Shown: positions 38,865 through 51,500, numbered from the stretch's first letter. The stretch is 64,000 nucleotides of DNA from Selaginella moellendorffii (GCF_000143415.4 NW_003314301.1:406259-470258), one strand, 5' to 3'. The notes: a model not told the origin generated them from the letters alone. Numbers and translations: made by a program.

Positions 38865-40232
38865 ATGAAAATCTGGGCACTCGCTGCCGCGGCCGCTGCC
38901 ATTCTCGCGGCGATCGTCTCCCAGTACACGCTGTGCAGCCATTTGCTGCTCTCTAGGCTAGGGATTTGCTGGTTAGGATCATCAGGAGTAGCAGTAGCCC
39001 CAGCTAGAAATCTCTCGCTTCTCTGGATGGCGCCGTTCTTCTCTCCCAGCGGCTATGGCTCCGAGGCGCTCTCCTACGTCCAATCCCTCCGGGGCGGTGA
39101 AATTTCGAAGATCAAGATCGTCCAGCACGGGGATCTGGAAGATTATCAGTACTGGAATGGGCTCCCTCGCGAGACAAAGAAACTGCTGCTCAGGATGAAT
39201 GGGGAAGAAATCCAGCTCAGGGAATCCATAGTCATCTGTCACAGCGAGCCGGGAGCTTGGTTTCCACCGCTTTTCTCGACGGTTCCATGCCCGCCTGGTG
39301 ATTATCGCGAGCCTCTCTACGTCATTGGCAGGACCATGTTTGAGACCGATCGCCTGTCTCTCGAGCACGTCAAGCGCTGCAATGCCATGGACGAGGTATG
39401 GGTTCCTTCACAGTTTAACGTGGAAACGTTTGCTTCCAGTGGAGTTTTACGCTCCAAGTTGGTCAAGGTGCCTCAAGCGGTTGATACGCATTTTTTCGAT
39501 CCTGGGCGAGTCACTCCACTGAAACTCTCCACAGCAGGCCGGGTTTTGGGTCGAGGTTCCGAGGATTCGGAGTTTCTGGCAAGAAGTAGCTTCGTTTTTC
39601 TCAGTATCTTCAAGTGGGAGACTCGGAAAGGCTGGGACGTTTTACTACAGGCATTCTTGGAGGAGTTTTCGGCCGACGACGACGTTGCTTTGTATGTGTT
39701 GACGAGCTCCTACCATTCGGATGGCCATTTCGGTGACAAAGTTTTGGAGTTCACGCGAGCGATGGGATTAGAAGAGCATTCCAGCGGCTGGCCTCGAGTT
39801 TACATCCGTGACGCGCACGTCCCACAGGTTGATCTTCCGCGTTTGTACAAGGCCGCCAATGCTTTCGTGCTGCCGTCTAGAGGAGAAGGCTGGGGGAGGC
39901 CTCACGTCGAGGCCATGGCTATGGAACTGCCAGTGATTGCGACCAACTGGTCAGGCTCCACGGAGTTCATGACGCCCGACAACAGCTACGGTCTAGCAGT
40001 GGAGAGACTGAGCGAGATCAAAGAGGGAGCTTTCAAGGGACATAAATGGGCCGAGCCGTCCGTGAGCGAGCTACGGAGCCTGATGAGGCGGGTGTTCACG
40101 TACCGCGACGAGGCAGGAGCTAAAGGCGTACAAGCAAGGAAGGATATGGTGACCAAGTACTCCCCTGAGAAGATTGCCGACGTGATCATCAAAGAATTAC
40201 TCCGCATGCAAAAGCAGCGTAAGTTTTTGTGA
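38865..40232 (+). CDS. Glycosyltransferase family 4 (group 1) protein
   Basis: Signal anchor; SGYGSEA, GRTMFETD, DEVWVPS, FKWETRKGWDVLL, FVLPSRGEGWGRPHVEAMAMELPVIATNWSG (EX7E motif). Confidence 0.92.
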   Translation: MKIWALAAAAAAILAAIVSQYTLCSHLLLSRLGICWLGSSGVAVAPARNLSLLWMAPFFSPSGYGSEALSYVQSLRGGEISKIKIVQHGDLEDYQYWNGLPRETKKLLLRMNGEEIQLRESIVICHSEPGAWFPPLFSTVPCPPGDYREPLYVIGRTMFETDRLSLEHVKRCNAMDEVWVPSQFNVETFASSGVLRSKLVKVPQAVDTHFFDPGRVTPLKLSTAGRVLGRGSEDSEFLARSSFVFLSIFKWETRKGWDVLLQAFLEEFSADDDVALYVLTSSYHSDGHFGDKVLEFTRAMGLEEHSSGWPRVYIRDAHVPQVDLPRLYKAANAFVLPSRGEGWGRPHVEAMAMELPVIATNWSGSTEFMTPDNSYGLAVERLSEIKEGAFKGHKWAEPSVSELRSLMRRVFTYRDEAGAKGVQARKDMVTKYSPEKIADVIIKELLRMQKQRKFL

Positions 40233-42257
40233 TTTCGTTTGCATTCCAGAAGTTTTGACTCTGTTTACAGGTGACAATCGCATGAACGATAATTGGTCGG
40301 TAGCTTTGTGAGATCTCATTCGCTAAGCCGGGTGTAATTTCAAGCCATGAATTTCTATGAAACTTTCCGTGATTGTGACCAGGTGGTCGCAATCACGACC
40401 AGAATGTCTCCGTGAGCAAGGGAGCCTATACGAAGGACTTCCAGAAAGTCCCGGTAACTTTTGATTCTTTCTCTTCAGAAAGTCCTTTTCAAATTTGACA
40501 ATCTCCCCGTGCAGAAGCTGTATATTCACAGAAGAAGTTCCACAGACCAGCCAAAGAGAACCTGTCAACCATATTACCAGAACTTCTCACCTCGTGTAAA
40601 ACTGTAGCTCGGTATTTTGTTTTGACATCGTATTTTAATTTTTCCAGGAGTTCCCATATGAATCAAGCCAAGACGACCTGACGATGACAGACTATCCTGC
40701 TAACATCAAGCAAATCACATGTATATGGGCATCAGTACGATCAAAGTGAGTGGTGTTTCAAGCACGTAACTTTTACAAATCTCTGGCACGTTGTTTTCGC
40801 ATTCGCTTGCAACCACTACTTTCGACTTTTACAGGACGCCTACGTATCATCTGTTTTCATTCACACATGATGGTGAATAGCCGAAATCTTGGTGGTGGAG
40901 CAACGCTTGAGATCTTGGGCGGTGATACATCGAGCTCTTGGGCGCCACAAAACAGGTATCTTGCACATAACACATGCTCCAGGTGCGAATAGTGTCTCCG
41001 AGAGACTTTCTTGTGTGTTTGCGTCGATAGATTGATAGATCTGCGTGAGCCGAAAGGCTGCGTAGGTAATCTATTCACTTCCCTCTCCTATAGCTATCTT
41101 TTTGACTTTTGACTCTTTTTATTTTTATTTTTTGGGTGGAGTTTTGACAGTTTTCTTGGGAGGACAGAGGCAGTGCATATGTGTTGCCTCTCAGATGCCC
41201 GAAAATGCCATCTGTGTTTGATCGGGCGGAACGTCACCTTCGTTAGGTATGAGCCACTTTTATCTAATTAGGAGATAATCGGGGATAGCTCTAATCGAAG
41301 TGCGAAGATGGCAAAAGCCTGCATTAGTAGCAGCCTGGAAGGAAGCAAATAGCAAGAGATGCTTTTCAAATTAGATGCTTCTGCATGAGATTTGTAGTTT
41401 GAAACTTGCATTTTACATACATCACTCTTATGTTTCATGATGAAATAGTATATACTTGCACACTCAATTTGAAGTTAAAAGATATATATGTTGAAAGATT
41501 CAACAGTGTGTGACGTGGACAAATTTAGGTTAGACTTCCACCACCTTGCTGAAACTTCTCCCCGGGAAATTTTGTAAAAAGAAGTGGAGTTTACATCGTA
41601 GCATACGTTTGCACGACCCAGTATCACATGCCTTTGCCGCTGGCAACAGTACCACTACGATACGATCTCGATTTGCCGCTTAAAGTAATGGCAATGGAAT
41701 CTTTCTCATAGACTATCCCTAGAATATTCAGTCAGTTGAACTGAAAAAGGACACCACATACCGTTAACCCAAAATAAAAGGGCAAACACCAATAGAATAA
41801 GGAACGGCCACGATCGCTCCGGCGCATCTGGGCCGTCCGCAAGATTGTCCACGCAATAGAAAGGCATCTGTGCCGTCGGTGGCCGGATCTAACGGCTGCT
41901 GTTGCGCCAGGGCGATGTAGCTGGATTTTTCACCACTTGTTTGGTTTGTTTGTACGTATGCCCTGGGCGCTGCTTCTTCATAACTGTGTGCCCTCCATCC
42001 CATGGGCGCTCAAAGGCTTGCTTCTTCCGGGCTCTCTCTTGTCATTCCAACGAGTGGAAGATCTTGATCCATATCCTAGGGTTTTGATCTCCGGCCGAGT
42101 CTTGGATCCCAGAGATTGGCGCCGGGAGTGGCGCCTGGAAGAGATCGGCTCGGGTAACAGCGTCTCCCTTTTTCCTCGGTAGCGGCTAGGATTCTGATTG
42201 ATTTGCGGCCCCGCGGTGCGATCGATCGCTCAATCTAGCCCGAAATATCGAAGATCC

Positions 42258-44158
42258 ATGGCCAGCGGCGGCAGGAATCTGCATGTCTCGCCCCGGCTCG
42301 CGTCGGATGCGCTGCCGCTGCCCGTGAGTGTGACCAACAAGCTCTTCTTGATCCTTTTCTTCTCGGCGTCCTACTACCTGATGCGGCGATGGAGGGAAAA
42401 GATCCGGACCTCGACTCCATTGTACATGCTGACGCTGGAGGAGCAGCTAGCGGTGATCACCCAGATCGCCTCCTTCATCTATCTCATCGGCTTCTTCGGC
42501 ATTGAGTATGTCCAGAGCGTCATCAACAAGAACGCTGATGAGGACGAGCGGCCCGCCGCCCAGCACGAGATCGCCAGCAAGAGACCGCCCGCGGAGCTCC
42601 TGGGGAAGCCACTGCCGGACAACAACGACGAGGATCTGGCACAGGCAGTGAGCTCCGGAAGGGTCGCGTCCTACTCGCTGGAGACCGAGCTGGGCGATGA
42701 GCTGAGGGCCGCGTCGGTGAGGAAGAGGGCGATCGAGCTCAGCACTGGGCGGTCTCTGGAGGAGCTGCCTTTGCACGGGATGGACTACAAGAGCATTGTG
42801 GGACAATGCTGCGAGATGGTGGTGGGCTACGTCCAGATCCCTGTGGGTGTGGCCGGTCCCTTGCTGCTGGATGGTTTGGAGTACACTGTGCCGATGGCTA
42901 CCACGGAGGGATGCTTGGTGGCGAGCACCAACCGTGGTTGCAAGGCGATTCATCAGTCCGGCGGTGCCGTGAGCGAGATTTTGAAAGACGGGATCACTCG
43001 GGCTCCCGTCGTGAGCTTCTCGTCTCTCAAAGGTGCTGCCGAGCTCAAGTTTTACCTCGAGGATACTAACAACTTCGACACTATTTCGACCGTTTTTAAC
43101 AGGTGAGTTGAAAGGTAGAATGGTTTTGGAGCATTCCTGTATTCCTGCTGCTGAGCTGATGGCTATTCTTTTTTGATCGCAGGACGAGTAGATTCGCCAG
43201 GTTGCAAAGTGTTAAATGCTTGCTGGCTGGTCGAAACGCATACATTAGATTCTGTTGCTCCACTGGTGACGCAATGGGGATGAACATGATCTCCAAGGGG
43301 GTCCAAAACGTTTTGGACTATCTTCACGATGTATTCCCCGACATGTGTGTTATCAGCGTCTCTGGTAAATTTCCTTGAAGATTTCTTGTCCTTTGGTCTG
43401 AGTTGCAAACTTGTCTTCCCAGGGAACTTATGCGCTGACAAGAAGGCAACATCAGTGAACTGGATCGAGGGGCGAGGGAAGTCCGTCGTCTGCGAAGCGG
43501 TGATAAAGGGCGACGTGGTCTCCAAGGTCTTGAAGACATCGGTGTCCGCCCTGGTGGAGCTCAACACGCTCAAGAACCTGGCCGGATCGGCTCTCGCGGG
43601 TGCCGTTGGTGGATTCAACGCTCACGCCTCCAACATCGTCTCGGCCGTGTTCATCGCCACTGGCCAGGATCCGGCACAGAACGTCGAGAGCTCGCAGTGC
43701 TTGACGCTCATGGAGGCAACCAACTGTGGCAAGGATCTCTACGTGTCGGTGACAATGCCATCGGTGGAGGTACGCTGAAGTTTCAAAAGTTTCCCTGTTT
43801 GTTTATCTCTCTGGTGGTGCTTTGGTCTAACCAAGCTTTTTCTTTCTCTTGCTTTTTGCTTGCACAGGTTGGAACGATCGGTGGTGGCACGCAGCTCGCG
43901 TCGCAGAGCGCCTGTCTCAATCTGCTTGGAATCAAAGGCTCCAATCCCGACTCGCCGGGATTGAATGCGCAGACACTCGCCAGAGTTGTGGCTGGCGCCG
44001 TGCTCGCTGGTGAATTGTCGCTCATGTCTGCCTTGGCAGCCGGGCAGCTGGTCAAGAGCCACATGAAGTACAATCGATCCAGCAAGAACATCGCTGCCGC
44101 TGGCGAGCAGCAGCAGCAGAGCTTGGACGGATTGAGGCAGCGATGTTCGTCGTCGTGA
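42258..44158 (+). CDS. HMGR: 3-hydroxy-3-methylglutaryl-CoA reductase, class I (exons 42258-43102, 43183-43364, 43423-43769, 43868-44158)
   Basis: ASDALPLP, two TM helices, [60 protein letters not shown]. Confidence 0.97.
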
Positions 44159-44421
44159 AGTAAATACAGTTCCCTTGCCCTCGAAGAACAAAATAAAAAC
44201 CAGAGAGATTTTTTTTTAAAGAAAAAAGCCATGGTTTTTGTTTGGTAGTATTATATAATATCTCGCCTAGAATTCGTGTAATATATTAAAACTACTGTTT
44301 GGAGTTTTCGTGCTTATTTGGAATTTGGTTTGCGTTCGTTTAGCGTTCAAAGATGAGCCTCGTTGAGGTAAGCAAAGACTTTGAATGGCAATTAAAGAAT
44401 AATTTTGCGGCTGGCAACGCA

Positions 44422-44502
44422 TGGTTGTATTCCAGAACACTTCTACTTATTGGTTCTTTCAACAGTGGTTGTATTCTAGAACACTTCTACTTATTAGTTC
44501 TC
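44422..44502. repeat. 45-bp-period tandem duplication
   Basis: TGGTTGTATTC(C/T)AGAACACTTCTACTTATT(G/A)GTTCT occurs twice. Confidence 0.85.
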
Positions 44503-44528
44503 TCAAGAGCTCCAAGAGAGAAGAAAAA

Positions 44529-44774
44529 ATGGAGAGAGGCTTGAATTTTTCTGAGAAGTATAGAGAGAATGACCGGTTCGTGGTCTATCGCACTATCCCT
44601 GCTGAATTTAAGAGTTTAGTCCAAGAATTGACTGGCATGAACAGCACAGCTTCTTCCAAAAATCCTGGAAGGGCAAATGTGATGGGAGCGACAAACTGTC
44701 AGGATAAATCTGAAAAGTTAATAGTAGAAGATGGATATAGTCTTGGAAGTATAGTCACAAAAGCTATACAATAA
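44529..44774 (+). CDS. Small VQ-motif protein (81 aa), possibly a pseudogene
   Basis: VYRTIPAEFKSLVQELTG matches the FxxxVQxLTG VQ motif. Confidence 0.6.
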   Translation: MERGLNFSEKYRENDRFVVYRTIPAEFKSLVQELTGMNSTASSKNPGRANVMGATNCQDKSEKLIVEDGYSLGSIVTKAIQ

Positions 44775-46178
44775 TGCAATATCAAGCACAAATGTCCTTT
44801 TGATCATTTTAGATAATAATATAGATCTTTATCTATTTAGAAACAAATATCTTAACCTTGCAAGAGAGGCAATGTATGAATAAAAATATATTAATTTGAA
44901 CATTGAAAGAAGTACAAAGATTTATGGCTAAGAATAATTATATAAAGAAAAATATAAATAATAACATAATTTTAGTTTTTTGGTTTGCTTAGGGATGGTA
45001 ATGGATATACCTAGAATATTCTTGGATATTCTAGAATATTCTACTATCTAACGGTTGTTATTCATTTAGATTAATCTTGTATTTATAAATTATAAACTTT
45101 TTAAAACACTTTCTAGTATATTCATTAATCAACTTGTTACAAAACATTTATTTGTAATATAGTAATTATATTTCTTTAATAATTACCTCCTGTATAAATG
45201 CAATGTCCTTTTGATATTGATCTTTATGCTACAAAAGTATAAACCATGCTAAATTAATTAAATAATCAAAATTAAATCAGGGCATTGCCTGAAGTATTTG
45301 TGCAAATCAAAGTTACATTGCTCCTTTCTGTTATAAATTTGATAGCTACAACAGTCCTACAAAAATATTGCATATGCAAATTATTCACTCCACTTGGACA
45401 TATGACAGTCAATTTATTGCCTAGCATATTTAAACAAATCTCCTTTTCCAAATCCGCTTTACAACATGCTCAACCAGCTCTTTACTGGAAATGGGACAAC
45501 ATCTATAATTATTGCATTTGGTATGCAACGCTCCTGTGCAGAAGGTTGAGCAATTCGAATTTTGCAAGTGCTGTCTACAAAAAAGACTACCAAAACAATC
45601 AAAATCAGTTAAAAACTCACCTTAACATCAGCCATGAAAGTTTGATCCTTTTGAAGATTTTGAAGATGCACCGACACCCTCACAAAAGCAGAACTACGTG
45701 GTCCCAGATAGTGCTCTAAAGAGAAACAAACAACAAATATCAGAATCGAGAGCCACATAGAAACAGCTCACATAAAAAGATGCGCATGGATGCGTGGGTA
45801 GCCCAAATACAGGACTGATGTTTCCCACAGAGGTCCTTATTTTCCTTGTTCACCAACACGAAATGAGCACAAGGAAACCACTCAAAAGCATGATACCTAC
45901 CAAGTCGACATTTGCAGTTCCAACAGCTTGGGTAGAACTTGGACCAGCTTGGTGCGTGGTGTCGTTGGGACCAATCTGTAAGGGAGTTAAATTAGTCATT
46001 ACAGAAAACAATGAGATTTACTTGGACAAACCTCCAGAAGGCTGTAGTGACAATTAACACTAGAACATGAAGAGGCTCAAGTCCTTAGGTAACAATAATT
46101 TTTCTGTGCTCACTCATCTTTGTGTTTATGGAATTCCACTCCACATTTTCAGTGCACTGAACAAAGAGGAACTAGGTT

Positions 46179-47090
46179 CTACATTATCTCCATTGTGCCC
46201 CGAAAATCTACTATTATATCGCATTCAACAGCATGGACACCAAACATGTCCCAGAGATCATTGTCAAAGATTGTGGTAGCAAGGACTTTAGCGAAAAGCT
46301 TGCCGCTCATCAAGTCACGTAGAGAATCTTGGACAAAGAAGAGCCCGACCTTCCTGTTGACCCCAATGCCCTGGAGGTCCACCACCACGCACTTTCTAAA
46401 CCCCACCGTGTCCACAGCATCCAGCTCCTTGACGGGATCCTCTCCGTTGTCAGAAGGCGCCTTGATCAACTTCCTGACCGACAATGCCATCAGCATGCCC
46501 CTGTAGTCCTCGTAGCTGACAATCCACTCGAGCGCATTGTACTTCAATGCCTTGGTAGGCACTGTGAGAGGATGTTGCCAGTTGAAACCTGCTTCCGCCA
46601 GATCGTAGTATCCTTGTAATTCTCAGAAATACTTTGAGAAACCTCGTCTTGCACATGTTTGTCGATTACAAACGCAGGAGGCATGGGAATCAGGCCGAGC
46701 TCGAATGAAGAGACGCACCTGACGGCTTCGATACTCCTGATCTGGCATGCCTTCAGCGGCTCCATCGAGGACGCCATCTCTGGGTCATACAAGTAGGCAG
46801 GCAAGCTCCAGGGCGTCGGCCAGGTGCGCGGGATCTTCATGCTGGCGACGCAGGCCGGGGCAGTCTCAGTGAGCGTCTCGAATGTACTCGTTGAGCAATT
46901 CTAGGGGGCTAGCCGCGCGCAGTGAACTCATTGTCGTAGCAGATATCGGAGAAGAGAAACAGGGAGGTCGTGCTGCTGTCGCAGACGAGCTGGAGAGGAG
47001 GAGCAGGAGTTCGTGTGAGTGTGCTGCATGCGCAAGCGGATCGACCAATAGCTGCAATAGCCTGATGTCAGCCGGGCTCTCGTGTATCCT
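46179..47090 (-). pseudogene. Unknown multicopy gene family, copy A (frameshifted)
   Basis: WPTPWSLPAYLY...EPLKACQIRSIE...KALKYNALEWIVSYEDYRGML...RKCVVVDLQGIGVNRKVGLFFVQD in shifted frames. Confidence 0.65.
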
Positions 47091-48504
47091 CTACCACAAC
47101 CAAGGGTTTAGGTAAGTTCAGACACGTAAAAGGAAGAATTCAGAATGGTGGTGCATAAGTACCTGCATGGTTGCATCGGACACTTCCTCCTCAATTCCAC
47201 TAACCAGGGGTGACGCGCTAGAGCTCATGGTAATCGTGGTGATCACCACTACGTTTCCTGCACTGGACGACCGTTTTTAAGTCTATTTTTCTTTGCACTT
47301 TTTGCAATACCTCGTCTGGTGGGAGTGAGTTCTCCGAGTAAAGTAGGCTTACGAAATGCACCTGATGAAGCAAAGCCAGCGAGTTAAACAAATCAAACCA
47401 TGGTTTCTTCCTTCGGGAGAAACGTCTTTGAATTATGATGGGATCCACAGGCTCAGATCCCTCTTGGCACTCTGGTGTCTTCCACTCCAGGCCGCGGGTG
47501 ACCCGAGGAGTCGTTTGTGGATTGAAAGTTGGGGCTCTTGAGCTATAATCCACGTGAGCATCGTGCTGGTAAGTTGGTTTGAAGTTGATTGTATTATAAG
47601 TTCTGATCTCAGGGTCTAGAAATGCTCAACTTTGCTTGGTATTGGACAGTTTTAAGTGCTCATTGAGCTATAGTACATGGTTATGATGGTTGGCAAATAA
47701 GGTGGCCACATTGAAGATGAGGGACCGTGGGGTGAACAATGGATTGCATTCATGTGTCTTATGCTTCTTAGATAAACTATATTAAGCCTTCAATCTATGG
47801 CTTCATGCTGCACTCCACTATTGCTCACTCCTCCTGCAATTCAAACAGCTAATGTCATTTGTCGCTTTCTTCATTCGGGCAACAACGATCATCAGTGCGG
47901 ATTTACTCCTGCTTCAATCGATTCGATTCATTGCCGGGACGATCGAGAATCCACCAGTATTTCGAAAGCCATCTCCTTCAAGGCATCTGGTTTCTCCTGC
48001 AAGCATAAAGTGTGTCAAGTACCTCCGTCATCATTCAATTCTTTTGAAAAGCAATGCTGGTGTTTCGGCCAAACTGGTGTTTCGGCCAAAATTGAAAACC
48101 CTCTGTCAAAGTTGAGTACGCCGGTCTATGGACTGACCAAATGGGCATACCTTGAAGTGCTTTCTTTGACAATAATATAGAAAGTATCTGACCTTTCTTC
48201 TTGGGGAACTTGCGAAAGCTCGTCTTCCAGCTTTTGTGAGTGAGAAGATCTTCTTATTCTTCCTCTGGAGTTGAGCCTACATGAAAGACCAACCAAGAGA
48301 CTAAGTTTCTAACAATGAAAAGAAATGCAATAAGAAAATGCACCTGTCTTTCACGTTGAAACCACATAATCACCTTCTCATCTCGCCCATTCTCTCACGA
48401 CAATCAACGAAACTCGAGGACCACTTGTAAGAATGACCGCAAAGTTCTTATACCTAAACTTGGACGGCATGGTGGTGTGGCGGCGACTGTGTCCAGGTGA
48501 GTGA

Positions 48505-51500
48505 CGGTAAACGAGAGCCCGGCTGACATCAGGCTCACGTGCGCTGCAGCTATTGTCGATCCGCTCGCACATGCAGCACACTTGCACGAACCCCTGCTCC
48601 TCCTCTCCAGCTCCTCTACGACAACACGACCTCCCTGCTTCTCTTCTCCGATCTCTGCTACGGCAGTGAGTTCATGGCTCGAGAATCGCTCAACCAGTAC
48701 ATGACCAGCGCTCACTTCGACATCTGCGTCGCCGGCACGCAGATGCCGCCTACTGGCCGACACCCTGGAGCCTGCCTGCCTGCTTTTATCTATTCCCACG
48801 GACTCTCCCTGCCTCGTCCCCAATAAGTGTTTTCATTGAGATGCCACCCTCGATGGAGCCGCTGAAGGCATGCCAGATCAGGAGCATTGAAACTTTCGAG
48901 TGCATCTCATCGTTCGAGCTCGGCCTGATTTCCATTCCTACGATCTGGCAGAACCGGGTTTCAACCAGCAACATCCTTCTCGGGGCGCCAACCAAGGCTT
49001 TCCAAGTACAACGCACTTGAGTGGATTCTCAAGGATTACCAAGGCATGCCGATGGTACTATCGGTCAGGAAGTTCATCAAGGGGTGTTGATGGAATGGGA
49101 AAAGCTACTGTTGAATGCTTGTTGTATATTGTCTTATATACTTGTTCATAATCTCTTCTAGATTCCTGCTGCAGATTCCTATGTCCTTGACACCTTGATT
49201 TCTGCTCTAACACTCCCCCTCGATCTAATCCATCCTAGAGATCCGATCGTATCACTTACTCCCCCTAGGTTGGTACGGTCCTAGCTTGTGGTGAACTGTT
49301 GTGTCCAGAGTTGCCTTTGTAAGCAGCTCGCACTCTAAGCATGGAGCATTGGAACCAGTAGTGGCTCATCTTGGAGTTCCAGCAGCTCCTTCTCATCGAT
49401 CCTGAGCTCCACACTCAAGCTCGTGATTGTACAGCATGTACTGGTATACGATCATGTTGTCAGTGGACTCCTCAGCTCTGCTAAGTGATCAAGGAATAAG
49501 CTTTTCATGCTTGATCTGAAGAGGAACCTGACAAATCGCCCCTCTCCTCAAATTCGTGCCCCATGGGCATCGCCACCACGATCACAATGCCCATCAGTAG
49601 CAAGTGTTGAGATCTTCCTGAGAAAGTGTTCATTCTTTTCATGACATAACTGGCGATCAACTGTGTTGTCATTCAGGGTTGTTCGCAGTTCAAAATATAG
49701 TGTGTTTCTTTAGCTCCCCTCCATAGCAGCATTGCATGCTACAACTGCATTAGTGAATTAAAATAATATACCTGGTTGTAGATTGTTTATTGTTTATTGT
49801 CAAAGTTCAAAATCCTAGCTTGTGGACGGCAGCTATGTTGGCCCGGATAGTCTCTCTCATCTCCACATCCTCCTTGTCAATGAACATGGTGATCCCTGGA
49901 GAGAGCTCTGGCATTCCATCTGGGCAACAAGCTCTCGAGCTCCACGCTCCTCAGCACACAGCTCTTGCATCAGCTTGCCGCTGCTGTCCTGGATCGAGTT
50001 GCTCTCCAAGAAGAACCTGGTGGTGTCCTTGTATGAGTGCCAGAAGGAGTGCTCGTCCAAATATATGACTTGAGAAACACGTTCTGGTAAAGTATCTCTT
50101 TTTTCTCCCCCTTAGAACATAGTAGGATCAATGAGAAGAAACACCTGCGCTCCTTAAGAAGTTTTCAATATATTTGTGTGCCCATGTGACATTAGGAGAT
50201 ACTATAAATTTAAAAATTATTTATTGGGATTTATCATTTTCTGGCTAGACCTGTAAAGTGTTTGGGAAGACTAAATACCAAATTGGTCTATTAGACCTAC
50301 ACTTTCTAGGGTCAATACCATGTAAAATTGTGGAGGCTCCAGGAGTGCTATGGAATTGTATGTTCCTCTAAGAGTGGCAAATCTACTTAGTACTAATATA
50401 ATAGTATCTTGATAGCATTGTAACATGCCCACTTTGGTTTATTCCCAGAAATAAGAAATACATTGGTCTTGATTAAGTAGAGAACATTTTCCCTTCAACA
50501 CCCGTACAAATTTGCATCCCCGCCTCACACCTTGGCCATGAGATCGCTGAGCATCTCAAATGCTTCTCGGCGAGCCTGACTGCCAGGACAGTCATAAAGA
50601 ACTTTTTACACCAAAGTAACATCGGCCATCGCTGAGAGTCACCCGAGCCCCGCTAGAAACGCTGCTTTGACGTCGACGAGTTTTGGATCGCCAACCTTGA
50701 GCTTCGCGAGCCTGCCACCGCTGGAACCCACAAGATTGGAGAGCTTGTTGCGGCTAGAAGTCACGTCTTCCACTTCGCCACCTCGTGGAACAAGCCCCGG
50801 CCGTGTCGATGGTAAAGCTCGAGCTTCCTTGCAGTGCACTCAAGGAAGCCTTTCCACCGCCAAGGAGCTTCTCCACATCGTCGAGCAATCCAGGGCCCTC
50901 GAATGGCTGGATAGGGCTAAAGAAACTCTCCAGCACTGTCAAACCAACCGATTGAGTTCCTGTATCCCCCGGTGTATGCACAAAGAACACTGCCAGATGA
51001 CAGCTCGCAAAGAAAGTCTCCGCGATTTCCCTGCCAGCGCAGTAGGTCTCGCACAGAGCAGCACTAATTTCCACGGGGAAATCCTTCTGAATCCCTGCTG
51101 TGTCCTTCCAGTGATGAAATCTGCTCGTTGCTAAGTGACCTTCGGATGCCTGTTAGTGCCCATCACATCACTGCCACCGTCGACATCTCAACCATGTATA
51201 CTAAGTGTCAATCTCGACGGTGCCTCCAGAACAAGATCAACTTGATCGCTTGCTCCACCAAATTCTGTTCAGCCTTATCCTGAACATGCCTCATGTTCAA
51301 GCTCTTGACTGCTGAGCATCGGACTTGCATGCAAATCCACTCAAGATTGGAAACATTGCTTGCCTGACCCTATCACTGTTCCATGCAGCTTGCTGCCGCC
51401 TATCAAAAAACCTCTACAGAGACAGAGTGTGGGGGAAGAAGCCCTACTGAGGCAGAGCTTCACCTGTGATGGCTCTCATGATCTGCATTACGTTGCTCGA

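Noticed and set aside
40665-40686. miR169-like AGCCAAGACGACCTGACGA
   Set aside because: Several mismatches and no complementary star arm seen.
40430-41015. GAAAGTCC motifs reminiscent of the plant TPP riboswitch
   Set aside because: The CTGAGA and GGGG..ACCTGA architecture is absent and there is no THIC gene.
41158-41190. 13-nt match to a miR408 target site (AGAGGCAGTGCAT)
   Set aside because: The remaining pairing is poor, no plantacyanin or laccase gene is present, and the local hairpin is too short for a precursor.
38865-44158. Possible terpenoid/sterol biosynthetic gene cluster (HMGR, GT4, AKR, Hint)
   Set aside because: No synthase, cyclase or P450 is present. The genes are housekeeping-type and interspersed with unrelated loci.
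45285-45719. Possible LINE zinc-finger/3' remnants here and at 54680-55100
   Set aside because: Only vague Cys/His/Trp patterns; too degraded to support a call.
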